A stretch of 63,382 nt of DNA, counting the filler, from Choristocarpus tenellus KU-1152 (taxonomy: Eukaryota; Protista; Phaeophyceae): the NCBI GenBank assembly GCA_964200185.2. It is 11 parts of 11 records of this genome, joined end to end, with 100 filler letters (N's around TTAATTAATTAA, not from the genome) between each part and the next. Parts side by side here need not be neighbours in the genome. Positions count along the whole stretch, not along the records: positions 43,985 to 51,174 come from CAXNAD020006564.1; positions 51,275 to 57,944 come from CAXNAD020007603.1; positions 58,045 to 63,382 come from CAXNAD020011104.1; 8 more parts are not named here. One strand, 5' to 3'. Shown here piece after piece: positions 47,569 to 59,120 of the stretch. Each line of letters starts with the position of its first letter. The first letter of the stretch is position 1. A program made the translations under genes and the position numbers. The notes under the pieces were generated by a model. That model had not been told where the DNA came from. It worked only from the letters and a program-made list of their open reading frames with translations, and ran no database searches.

Positions 47569-50500
47569 TATGCTCACATCAGCAATGTCATCAATTTCAA
47601 GGTTGAACCCACGGTGGGTGTACTTCACTCCAGGCCCACTGATGGAGACAACATTAGTCTTTGTCCTTGTACCAGCAATAGCAGCCATACCACCCCCAAG
47701 ACTGTGCCCTGTGAGGAAGAGCTAAAAAACAAAATTGGGACCAAGGTGTACATTTCATTCCATTTTTTTTTGTTCATTTTGTTATTTTCCAAGTCTACCA
47801 CCCCTAGAGAACGATAAAAACATCTATGTTACTCACACCACAGACAGGCATGGAAGATATCCTACAGTCACACCTGTTGAACACACACAATACCCTATCA
47901 CACTGTACTGGCCACTACAACAACTACAGGGAACGGTTGTTGGACTCTCAGATTGACGGTTTGGGCTCTATGAGAGAAGAAAATAGGCGGAAAGGTCAAG
48001 GGAAGGGCGGAGAAGTAGAACAAAAAATACTGAGGGGGAAACAGAGAGTACAGCAACTGTCACCCAAAACCTGCACTGTTAGGTGTCATGGTTTATGTCA
48101 TCACCTACATGCTTTACCCCAAGGACACAAAACATGGCACCAGCAACAAAAAAGAAGAAAGAAACGCCTTCAAAACCCCAACAGTGTTAAACCTATCCGT
48201 ACATTTACCTCTGCCTCTCACATGGTGCCTCTGTTGTCAATACTCTCTACCATCTCTCTGATCATACTGTCATGGAACACAAGTTTGACACCCCCTTCGC
48301 ACTCACATTGCATTCCTTGGAGATGTCAGGGCACAGAAAAACACGGCGCTCCTGTACATAGTCAACTAGGTGTTCGTAGATCTGGCGCCACCACCATGTG
48401 ACCAGAAAAGGTACGTATGCAGAACACATGGAGATATTAGTGACAGTATTGGTAGAAAACTAAGCCCTGCTATTGAAGTGCAATGCAGCTAATTTATGGG
48501 AAAATATAATTCAGTGCTGTACAAAAACAGAATATGATGCGCATGTAGCACAGAGTTACATGGGAAAAAAAGGATAAAATGCTACTTACTATGGTGTCAA
48601 GGCCTTGACAAACGAAAGAGTATTGATATTGAAAGCTCATCTACACTGTACTGATAACGCCAATGGGAGTTGTTACCACAGATACATCAGGTGTACTGAA
48701 AAGGCCTTGTTCAATCCAAGTTACCCAAAACTAAAAAAAAAGTACAAACGTACAACAAAAGCAAAAAAATAATCTAGAAAATAAAAAAGTACAAAATATA
48801 ATTAAAAAATTGTGTAAGTTATTATCTTGATACTTTAGAGATGCTCATAAAGAGGTAAAGGTTGCCTTCACACACAAGGTAGACATGCAGTAAAATTGAT
48901 ATAATTGATGAAATTGATATAAACCAGATACACACCGGGGTAGGGCCCACACCGGGCATGGTCGTTAGATAAAGCATCCATGACATGAATGCCTCAGGTA
49001 GCTGATCAGTGAGCGGCATGACCATCCTAGAGATCAACTGGAGGAGTCCCACTCCAAACCAGTACTGCTCCGCCATAAGCATACAAGAGTGAGCCAAAAA
49101 TAAGTTGTATTTTCAAATAAAATGTTGAATGTTTGAGAGAATTGATTAGTGAGGGGGGGGGTGAGGGGGGTGTCAGATGTGAACATTAGATACAGATTCT
49201 TAAAATCAAGTCCTGAGAGTAAAGGATGGATAACAGAAATATAAATTCTACCATCTCCAAAATATAAACAAATAAACATATCATCACGACTTCAGAAGGA
49301 TTTGTATATGTGTCAGAACAGGGGATGCAAGTGCAACCTGAAATTGCTCGGGTCGACAATGTTTACTAAAAATTAAGAGGTTGCCAATACCAAACTTTCA
49401 TGTACTACTGGGGCAAGTCAGCATACCAACTGGTGCAGTGGTATCTCATTCTTCAAGGTCGCCAACCCAATATTGGGGGGTCAACAGCTGCTGAGAGGTG
49501 TACCAATAACAGTATAAGCTTAACCCATCATACTCTTGATTTTCTCAGTCATATTGTACCATGCGTGGGACTGTAACCTAACATCTAACATCCCTGCAAC
49601 TATTGTAACCCCAGAATGTCCAGTATCCATCACAAGGCCTAGGATAAAGGCCAACCCTCATCAAGAACTTTTGTATTTATTAATGTACTATATATACTTG
49701 ATACACATACATGTGTACATCTTAGTGGGCTGTAGTAATAAGAATCATACAAATAGTTCTTAAGAGGAAAGACAGATTGTTCATATTTAGGCAGAGAACT
49801 GTATCAAGCATACCACATAAAAAGATAATCTCAAGTATGCACAGATGCATGCATATATACATATACTTCCAAAAATTCCAACCTCAAACCTCAAATAAGG
49901 CATACTCAAACATGATCCTTAATTTGTAACACTAATATCAAGAAGAAACAGTAGGGACTACTACTATTGGCGAAGGAACATCTCCTGAAACAAATCCTAC
50001 ATGCTACAAGATAAATAACGCCTTGCAGGTATGGTATCAACAATAAGAAAGCGCCACATAGATGCAATTTTCACCTGTAAATCCTTCATCATGTCGATGG
50101 GGGTAGTTGTGCCTCTAACTGCAATAACAGTAGTGTCCACAGTGGGGAAGTAGATCTAGTCCAAACATAAACAGGGTGGGCAGTTGAGAGGGGAGAAAAA
50201 AAGAGGATGGGGTTGGGATGAGCACTGACTCCCTACTTCCCTACTCACTTTGCAATAAATCTTCGTTCCTTGCACATATCAAACAGATCAAACCTGCACA
50301 TCAGCAAAATCTTTCCAACACCTGGATGGGCAGAGGTACTTTTCAATATCTACACATTTGTATTAGAAGAGCAGTCAAGACAATCACAAAAAAATGCAAT
50401 ACTCCACAAAAAATAGTGCACTAGAAAACTTGATAAAACTACTTCCAGTAAATATCCTGCTTGTAATGGACCACCACAAACACAAAAATAAATCAAAAAG

Positions 50501-51066
50501 ATGCAATTCCCATGAGGTGGCTACAATTTCAGCACTAGACCTACTAAATGGCACATGGTACAATGAGGAAAAAGCACTTCTTGGTTTGAGATAAGCACAT
50601 TAACATTAACAAAACGTTCAAATTCATAGTCGAGTACTAAGCACTTACCTCCTGCTTAGGATAAGTGTGATTGAATACATATCCCTAGCCTTACCACGAA
50701 GGCACTTAACTTACAAAACCAAGGTGTAAGGTGTACACCTTACTGTACACACCACAATAAACATTACTGTAACAACCTATCTTCCATGACAACAGAAACA
50801 CTCAACTTGTCACAGCCTACTTTCGGCATCATTGAAGAACACAACATTGGCTATCAAGTTCGAGAATGGAATGAATCCTAGATTCTAAACCTTGATACAT
50901 TGATCAAGTACAGAGTGCGGAGACTACCCAATAATTTTCCTTCCATTTCTACAACTCCTGGACTATCTGAACATAATAAAATCATACCTCATAAAACACA
51001 ACCCACTCATCAGTGTCCACATGAGTAATGTTGTAGTCACCCAAAGTGGTGTTTGTGAAGTAGGTG
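45902..51066 (-). CDS. Class-3 (fungal-type, alpha/beta hydrolase) lipase domain protein, last seven exons; 5' part missing
   Basis: Exons 51066-50988, 50155-50075, 49064-48936, 48381-48307, 47721-47578, 46976-46862 and 45978-45902 are all AG/GT and in phase. Motifs VIAVRGT..IDMMKD, FLTGHSLGGG, SGPG, PDNDMVPRTD, DCH, TICTLYSSCGD; stop TAG at 45902. Confidence 0.92.
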
Positions 51067-51330
51067 CTGCACAAGGGGGTGTACCAGGGACAGTATGGAG
51101 GGTGGGGATGGGGGGGGTTATTGTAAGGATTTGAGGAATAAACAAAAGAAAACATCCAAGGCAGACTGAACAATNNNNNNNNNNNNNNNNNNNNNNNNNN
51201 NNNNNNNNNNNNNNNNNNTTAATTAATTAANNNNNNNNNNNNNNNNNNNNNNNNNNNNNNNNNNNNNNNNNNNNCCCCCCCCGCGGCCACACCCCCCCCC
51301 CACCCCCCCCCCCACCTTCGGTCCCCTCCT

Positions 51331-51370
<40 letters not shown>

Positions 51371-52122
51371 ATGGATTAGCATCTTTAGCCTTGTGTTACA
51401 TTGCTTGTTTCATTGCGCTGTCCTGCATCTCATCTCATGTTGGGTACAGTGATACTTGCTGCACGCTCAGGTTCTACTCTCTACTTGTGACGCATGCTAC
51501 AAATGTATGCGATTATATCGCATGCCTGCTTGCATATATTGCATGTTCTACCAACAGTTAACCCTAAGTCAATACTACTATAATTCTCCACACTTCCAAC
51601 ATGTAACTGTCAAGCGAGTTCAAAGAAAAGCGTAACCACCAAATATCAAAATGACTGCAGGCTGTATCGAATCACAAAACAACACCCTAACAAAAATCGA
51701 GCACTGAAAGGTACAATGTCCCCCCTCACCCAATTCTACAAAAACACAAAACAGGCCTGAGGCTTAGCTTTCCAGCCCTCACACCAAACCAGTCTGACTA
51801 ACCCTCCTGCACCTTCCTTGCTACGAACCAAGAGACTCATGGAGTACAATTATCGTGAAATAATTTGTAAATACCCAACAAACAAACCCAATCCTAACCC
51901 TAAAACAAATATATCCGTAACGTTAAACCCTACTGAAATATCTGCTGAACAAATCTTCACCCTGTCTGAATTCTCTTTTTTTTACTATGCTGATATAACA
52001 CCCAGTCCATTTTTAAAATCCACCTAAAATACTATGTACTACACAAACAAAAACCTGATCACACCTACATGTCACAAAAAATTATCCAGCCCTCATCCCC
52101 TCCCCACTCAAACATTTCCCAC

Positions 52123-55100
52123 CTCTTCCTCGATCAAGCTCACACCGCCTCCGTACATGCATTCACCCACTGGCTCCAGTAGGGTTTCCACAATCTGGAG
52201 GGCATACAACATGCGGTGGGACCCAAATGGTCCCAAAAGGTGACCCCAATTTTCTCTTCCCCTGCTCTCCTCATTCTCGTCCTCACACCAAGGGGAAATA
52301 CCATCCAATGAACGAACAGCTTGGAGGATCTCCGGGTTTGTAGGAAGGCGCATCAGGAAGTCCCAGACGCTAGAGGCAGACGGTTCTCCCAAGGAAAAGG
52401 CAGACAGTAGCAGACCCACATACCCTGGGTCCTTGGAGATGGCGTGGCGGGGGAGTGATGACGGGTCCCCAATCGACTGCCAAGGAAGTTAAAGTATTTC
52501 AGTGACAAGTTAAACGAGCAGCAGTACATGAACGACATCAGTTTTCACGAGGGTCAATTGGGTAAGGAAAGGGGGAGGTGAAAATGCCTTATCATGTAAG
52601 CTCAGCATCCTGTGCAAATGGTGTAGGTCCTCTCAGAGTTGAATGTCAGGAGTAATGTGGCTACTACCAACAGCTGCATGCACATTGTTCAGGTGAGAGT
52701 AAAGAAACAAGTGTTACACCCACCCAAAACACGTGTCATACATACAAAAAAATGAAGAATAAAACAGAAAAATAAACCCAAGCATTTCGTTGCGCTAGAA
52801 GACACAAGGATATGCTCACATGTTTGCACACTCAAACAAACACAAAGTCACACGGAAAAAAGCTTTACCACACACATGAATACACACCTCTTCAAGGGAG
52901 TTGAGTGACTGCTTAGTGAGGTCATTGAGGTAGCTGTGGGAATAGAGGTTGTTCCAGACCACCTCCAGAATGTCTTGGCAGCTGAAAAGCGCGTGCACAC
53001 ACACAACACAGATACACAAGACACAAGCATGCAGGACCTTGGCATCATTGCAGTGAAGGCCAACAACATTATCTCAATTGTTCCAGACAAAAAGGACGAA
53101 GGTGCCACAAACATACAGCCCAACACCAACAAGAAAAAAACTTCAAAATAGCCATAAATATCACAAACATACGCTGGGGAGAGGGGACAAAGCAGGAGAG
53201 CATACTAGAATCTAGGTACTAGAAACCTCTGGTTGAGATGCAGTATGCAGGGCTTCATGAAGGAATAGGCACCAACATGTGTTTGAGACATTATGAGTCA
53301 CAATCTCACAATCAACAACAGGTTAAAAAATTAAATGGAGAAATATATTGTGATGTCTAAGAAGCCAAACCTGACTGTTCAAGTGCTTGCTACCAAGTGA
53401 ATGTACAGTGCCCTATCCTGTGACAACCACTGGAAACATCAATAAAATCATTCAGTCACACCTCTAAAACTGCAACCTAACATCTCCCAACATGATACTG
53501 TTACAATTAATACCTGCAGACTGTCTTACTACTAGTGAGAATATCAACATTGCTACCCGCATCAGCATGTAGAGGTACAACACACGCATTCCATTCCCAA
53601 TCTCATCATATGCTGAACCATATGTGCACACGAGGACAGGCAGAACAATGGCTACAATACATATACAACATTTCATTACATATTATTACCACGTAGTACA
53701 AAACAAAGAAATGCACAACATTTGGGAATGCAGTTGACACTTTAAGGGTTAGGGTTTAGGAGAATGAGGGCCATTCTTGGCAATCAAACACGCCCATAAG
53801 GCTATCAGGTTTTGAGAGAAAAGCTGGTAACAAATATTTAACATTGAAGAAAAACAAGTCCCTTGACTTTGTTCCTACTTTTCTACTCAAGGAAATGTAA
53901 ACTCCAGTATATAAAAATTTGTCACGATCGATCTAATTTTTTCCTTCACAGAAGGCAGAGTGGAGCTTCCGTACACACCGGTCCCCTTGGAACATAAGAC
54001 ACTAATGAAAGTAAGCAGTGCAACACATCAAATTGGTGTTGTGGAACGATAATAAAGATGAGTATCATTACAAATCGGTTTCAAACGATTCAATGCACTT
54101 GGCTGAACTGAGGTGTGTTTGCCATGAGGAAATATCAAGTGCTGTGAGGAACAATAAAGTGAACCATGAAGTGCACATATAAATGATAAAACAATAAACT
54201 AATACAAACAAGTGTAGATTATGATCTTGGCAATAATTCTTCAATTTCGAATTCTAAAAACTTATCGCAAATCACAACACATTATCACATACATGCACAG
54301 TCTCTACATATTTTGCCTTCTCCTAAACTTCAAAAAACAGTGCAGTGCCTAGAAGAGGCACCGGTAACGCATTGAATTACTTTGAGGTTACAACGAAATA
54401 ATCCCACTGCACCACATAATGCATAAGATGCAGTAGATGCAAATTAAACTAAGAATCAATGGAATGCTCTGTGCATGTAAATCGTTTAAGAGGCGAGGAC
54501 AACTTGCACACATCTTCATACAACAACACAAGAGCATAGTCTTGACACTACGTAGCACTAGGTAGCATTAATAGTGTCCTAGTCAGTCCAAAAGTCAGTG
54601 AGTAACAACAAAGCCCCCCTGTATCTCACCGACACAGCAACAAACGAAGTCCTACGTCAACCGCACCTGTCTCTGTAGAGTCTAAGAAAATCATCGAGGC
54701 TGAGGAGACCATCCTTGTCATCATCGTACCTCCTGAAAAAAAAAAGAAGGAAAGGTTCACAGTGTAGGGAAGAGGGGAAACGAAACAATATATGGAATTT
54801 ATAAAAATCAAGGCATGAGACACAGATAAATCAGGAGGCAAAAACATGAAACGAAAAAAAAAAAGTGTCGACGTGGCTTCAGGGTGAGCGGGGGGTGTCC
54901 CTGTCACCAGTGAACTGCTGTATAAAATTAGTTCAGAAGTAGCTAGAGGATTACTGTTGCTGCCATGCAAAAATATGCAACATTTGACTCAGGAAGTTTC
55001 GTTTTAAAACAAGGCGCGAGGCTCACTTGGTGTGGTAGGGTGGATGCCATGTCATACACAGAAAACACACAATTCTGGGCGCTTCTGGGTGGAAAAATGG

Positions 55101-57809
55101 ATGGAGAGGGTTAAAAAAAACAGCCCATGAAATAGTTAAAAATAAGAAATGAACCTCGTGAACGAAGCAATAATAACAGTACAGAACACCAATGCTGTAG
55201 AACGTGAGACAAGAATGTCACATTTCATTCACAGGATGTGTATGGCCTGCAATATCCACTATAAATTGTACCCCAATTGTGCCAGCACTCACAGCTCATG
55301 CAAAGTGCCAAAAAAGAGCTCTCCAAGAACTTGTAAAAATAATAAATTGCCCCCCCAGTCAGTCATCTCCCATCTCAGAAAAAAGATCCTGTAAAAACAG
55401 AAGTCCTCTGCCTAATTCCAAAATGAGTATCATTACCACGCAGTCCTCTTGGTGACTATATACAACATGGTGACACACCAATAAAAACAAAACTATGCCC
55501 CTCCTCATTGCAAACCCAAAACAAACTGCACGACCTTGCTGAAAAATATTACCAAACCCTCATCTCTAACCCTATACGCCTTCCATTATTCTACCAGTCC
55601 TGGGTTACCAAGTTAACTCATGAAGTACCCGTTACAGACGGCCCAGATTCACAGGGGATGAATTTCCCTGAACAGACCTCATGCCTGTCAACTACAGATA
55701 CAAAATGCAGTATCTGACCTGATTCATATGGATTTACAATAACCTCCTATCTCGGTTCAAGTCAGTCGAAAACTACTTACCAGGGCACTAGTTCCCCTGA
55801 TAAATAAAGCGAATATAATGCTTGATAGTATTGTGAGCCTCTTGTAAGAAACAAGGAATGCTAAGATCATTAATCACTCATCACTTCTTGCCGGTGTTGC
55901 TAAATTCACCTGAAGAACTTGTTAACCCTTTCGTCATTGGTCTTGCACTTGTCATGGCAGCAGCTGTTTATAAACGCAGCCGCTCCTTCTCTTGACATGT
56001 ACCCGTTTGGACCCTGCAAATCAAAGCATCAAAACACATTAACAACATCGAGACCATGATGGGAGGGAGTAGCTAGCCAAACAACATAGTCAAATACTGT
56101 CCAACAGAGAGCACAATACACAGGCAACCAACAGCTTTCCCGACAAAAGGAGTTGAGCATCAATAAAATCCATACCTTATCCCTATAAAAGCAAACATAA
56201 TTTCTTGCCATCCACCTAAGAAGCAAACCAAAACAGAATACACCAAACAAAAAATGGAAAGGGGAATCCACAAGTTTGAAAAACGATCCCTGCTAAAAGC
56301 TAAAACAAGCATGTACTTTTTCAACATACCTAAAAATCAACATGTACCACCGTGGAAGACATGGAATATATGTGTATGTATATATATATTGACTTTGGCA
56401 ACAACAGAATATCCTATTCTCCATACTTAGCACAGATAAGGCCCCACTCCCGTTGCATAACCTCCTCCATCATATCACACAGGACTTGAAAAAAGAGTTG
56501 GGATTCACAATCACAGGGTTTAAACTCTTACTCCAAACATGTACAGCAGTACACACCAGTACCGCAGGAAAAATAAAATAAAACTTTAATAATAAGAATA
56601 GATCAATGAGGTACTGTACTCAGCTTGGCGGTACCTTCTGGAAGTCTAGAGCTTTGTTGCACCCACTACCAGAGACAGACATAGGGCTGTGCTTTATAGA
56701 TACTCTATCACAAGCAGTGGACGTTTCAGACACCACCGTTTTAAAATGCCAAAGTGGCACATTTTTCCCTTGGACTTTTCTCACACACACACGTGGATAA
56801 AGCAACAAAATTAGTCACACTCCAGGGCAAAAAACCCCCACGAATCTGTGCTCTGTGCTACCACTAAATTGTAGAATGAAAGCATTTCCTTGGACATACT
56901 TCTTCTGAAACAGAATTCTCAGGTACTGCCTGAACCGTGGAGAACACTTACCTCATCCCCAAAGTAAAATCTACACCCTCCACCATTTTGACCACAATTT
57001 GGACATTCTTCCCGGCAAGACCAACAACCTGCTACATGATACCCTCCTTCAGTCAAGTGGGCCAGGCAGCTGCTCCTACCCCATCCCATACATACGGAAA
57101 CTCCGCCAAGTCAAAAGCAGGTATCTCAAAGTCAGCCAGCAAGAAAACAAATATGTACACAGAGGGCGGTACTAGGACCTGTGCATCTTACAATATTTGG
57201 AATACTTCTGAATGTACCACATAGCTATCAGGTACAGCCATGGAACCATGGAGGCTTCTCATCTCAACTACACATCAAAACATTCCCAATGCATTTCCAA
57301 TCACAGCTTGAATATGTTGACAATTCACAAAGAACAACTACAAATTTAAAAGTATGAACTTGTTTGAACATTTTTGAACACTAAGCCACCTATTGATATG
57401 TGCACCTAATCTTAACCCTAACCTACGAGATAAATCACAGCAGTGGTAGAGGACAGCGGGACTTCACCCACTCGCTCTAAATCATTGCGATACCGCTGCC
57501 TTCAACATACAGCTCTGGCAAGAAGTTTGTACCATGAAGACTGTGGGAGGCAACTTGATGCATGGTGCAGTACTACATATGACACAAAAAAACAGAAAAA
57601 ACACAATGAGGTGCTAGTTCGAAGTTTCCGGAAAAAAAAACATAATCAAATCCACACACCCGCACACCAAAAACCACACCTTGAAGTCATGAAACCAATC
57701 CTCAAAGATGGCTGCTGGTCGAGGTAAGAGTTGCCCATCCATGCCCAAAAGGGTTGCACGGGGAAGGACAGGACCCGGGCGCTGCGCCACCTGCCACACC
57801 TCCCGACTC
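52123..57809 (-). CDS. Internal five exons of a large protein with an EF-hand pair, resembling the pre-catalytic region of protist USP9/24/34-like deubiquitinases
   Basis: Exons 57809-57680, 56013-55910, 54732-54667, 52981-52888 and 52476-52123 splice in frame: ...AAIFEDWFHDFK|GPNGYMSREGAAAFINSCC...NKFFR|RYDDDKDGLLSLDDFLRLYRDS|CQDILEVVWNNLYSHSYLNDL...|SLPRHAIS...VWDFLMRLPTNP...MLYALQIVETLL. Exon chain is solid; family call is from motif recall. Confidence 0.75.
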
Positions 57810-58544
57810 CTACACAAAAACATAAGACATTTTTTACAAGGAATACAATAGGGGGGAGGGGGGGGGGAAGGAGGGTTGAGGACAGATCTCAGTGATCTAA
57901 CAATACATTAGGATATCTCCCTTGCACACAACAGGGTCCCATAANNNNNNNNNNNNNNNNNNNNNNNNNNNNNNNNNNNNNNNNNNNNTTAATTAATTAA
58001 NNNNNNNNNNNNNNNNNNNNNNNNNNNNNNNNNNNNNNNNNNNNCCTTTCCCCCCCCCCCCCCCCTCCCACCCCCCAAATGGAAACCTTGGGGCAGACCC
58101 CCCCCCCCCCCCCCCCCAACCCACCCCCAGATACTTTCAGCCATCCCCATGTGACTCGCCAGGCAACTAACGGCGGGACGAAAGTTTTCAAAACCTCATA
58201 ACCCTAACCCTAAGATCTAAGATCTAAGAGAGGAAAAAAATAAAAAATGGATGCATCTATTTCCATCTCCGAATCGAAAATATCGTGTACTTCCTTTTCC
58301 TTACCCAAGACAAACAAACACACACACACACACACAGCTATATAGCCTACGCACACAAAAAATAATCTTATCTTAAAAAAATGTGTTCTCTTTTATCAAC
58401 ATTAAAAAAAAAAAAGATCGTACGGGGTTTTCCTTCCCATCTCCTCTCCTCTCCTCCGCGCACCGGTCGCCATTCTCAGTCAAACCCCATTCCCCCCCCC
58501 CCCAAAAGATACATTTTAAATCGAGAGTATCGAGCTGCTCCCTC

Positions 58545-58571
58545 CAACAACAACAACAACAACAACAACAA
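58545..58571. repeat. (AAC)n microsatellite
   Basis: About 8 AAC units, just downstream of the CBM20 exon donor. Confidence 0.9.
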
Positions 58572-58598
58572 ACTCCCACTAGATAGACACCCCCTCAC

Positions 58599-58867
58599 CT
58601 GAGCTGGGAGGCATCCTCCCATCGATTGAACTCTCCACCTGACGATACGCAGTATCTGTACGTCACCGCCTGGTCCAGCGGCATGGCCACAGAGGCTGAA
58701 GTCCACTTGGGGTAGTTGGTCGGGTCTGTCTCCATGGAGAGGGCCCGCGACGGATCCATGCATCCCAACGTGGGGCACGACCCGCACACCTGCACCACCT
58801 CCCCGTGTCCCACGGGGGCGATGACGCTGAAGGACAGCTCATAGAACGGCGGCCCTCTAGACGACAT
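58599..58867 (-). CDS. First coding exon encoding an N-terminal CBM20 (starch-binding-type) module; rest of gene outside contig
   Basis: ATG at 58867; LSFSVIAPVGHGEVVQVCGSCPTLGCMDPSRALSM...YPKWT...VTYRYCV..GGEFNRWE is a CBM20 signature; donor CAG|GTGAGG; GC-rich codons. Confidence 0.85.
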
Positions 58868-59029
58868 GATCGACTCGTCCGGAGCGGCGGCGTTCGACGG
58901 AGCCTCCTTTTTGTTTTTTATTTTTTCCTCAGAAGTCGCCGTCTTTTCCTTCTTTTTTTTCTTTCTTTCTTCGCGCAGCCTACCGCCGTAAGCACACACA
59001 CTCCCCAAAACAAAAACAAAAACAAAAAA

Positions 59030-59120
59030 CGATCCGATCCGATCCGATCCGATCAGATCAGATTCGATCCGCCGATCTCTGCCTCACCGTCTTGTCTTGT
59101 CTTGTCTTGTCTTGTCTTTT
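59030..59120. repeat. (GATCC)n and (TCTTG)n pentamer microsatellites upstream of the CBM20 exon
   Basis: gatccgatccgatcc...; tcttgtcttgtcttg... Confidence 0.85.

Noticed and set aside
50250-50293. Extra lipase exon (FDLFDMCKERRFIA)
   Set aside because: Phases incompatible with both neighbours; the direct 50988-to-50155 join is in frame.
51275-51368. Poly-C/poly-G hairpin or G-quadruplex
   Set aside because: Homopolymer runs at a contig edge; probably low-quality sequence.
56951-57025. Extra exon of the USP-like gene (VVGLAGKNVQIVVKMVEGVDFTLGM, strong GTAAGT donor)
   Set aside because: It ends in phase 2 whereas the next exon (56013) starts in phase 0. The 57680-to-56013 join already gives a continuous conserved motif.
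45902-58867. A single novel fusion gene CBM20 + EF-hand/USP-like + lipase-3 (all on the - strand; CBM20 exon phase 2 matches the exon at 57809)
   Set aside because: The three parts lie on three contigs separated by artificial spacers. The phase match has a 1-in-3 chance, the 52123 (phase 0) to 51066 (phase 2) join is incompatible, and each part looks like a fragment of a separate gene. Only a spanning transcript would revive it.
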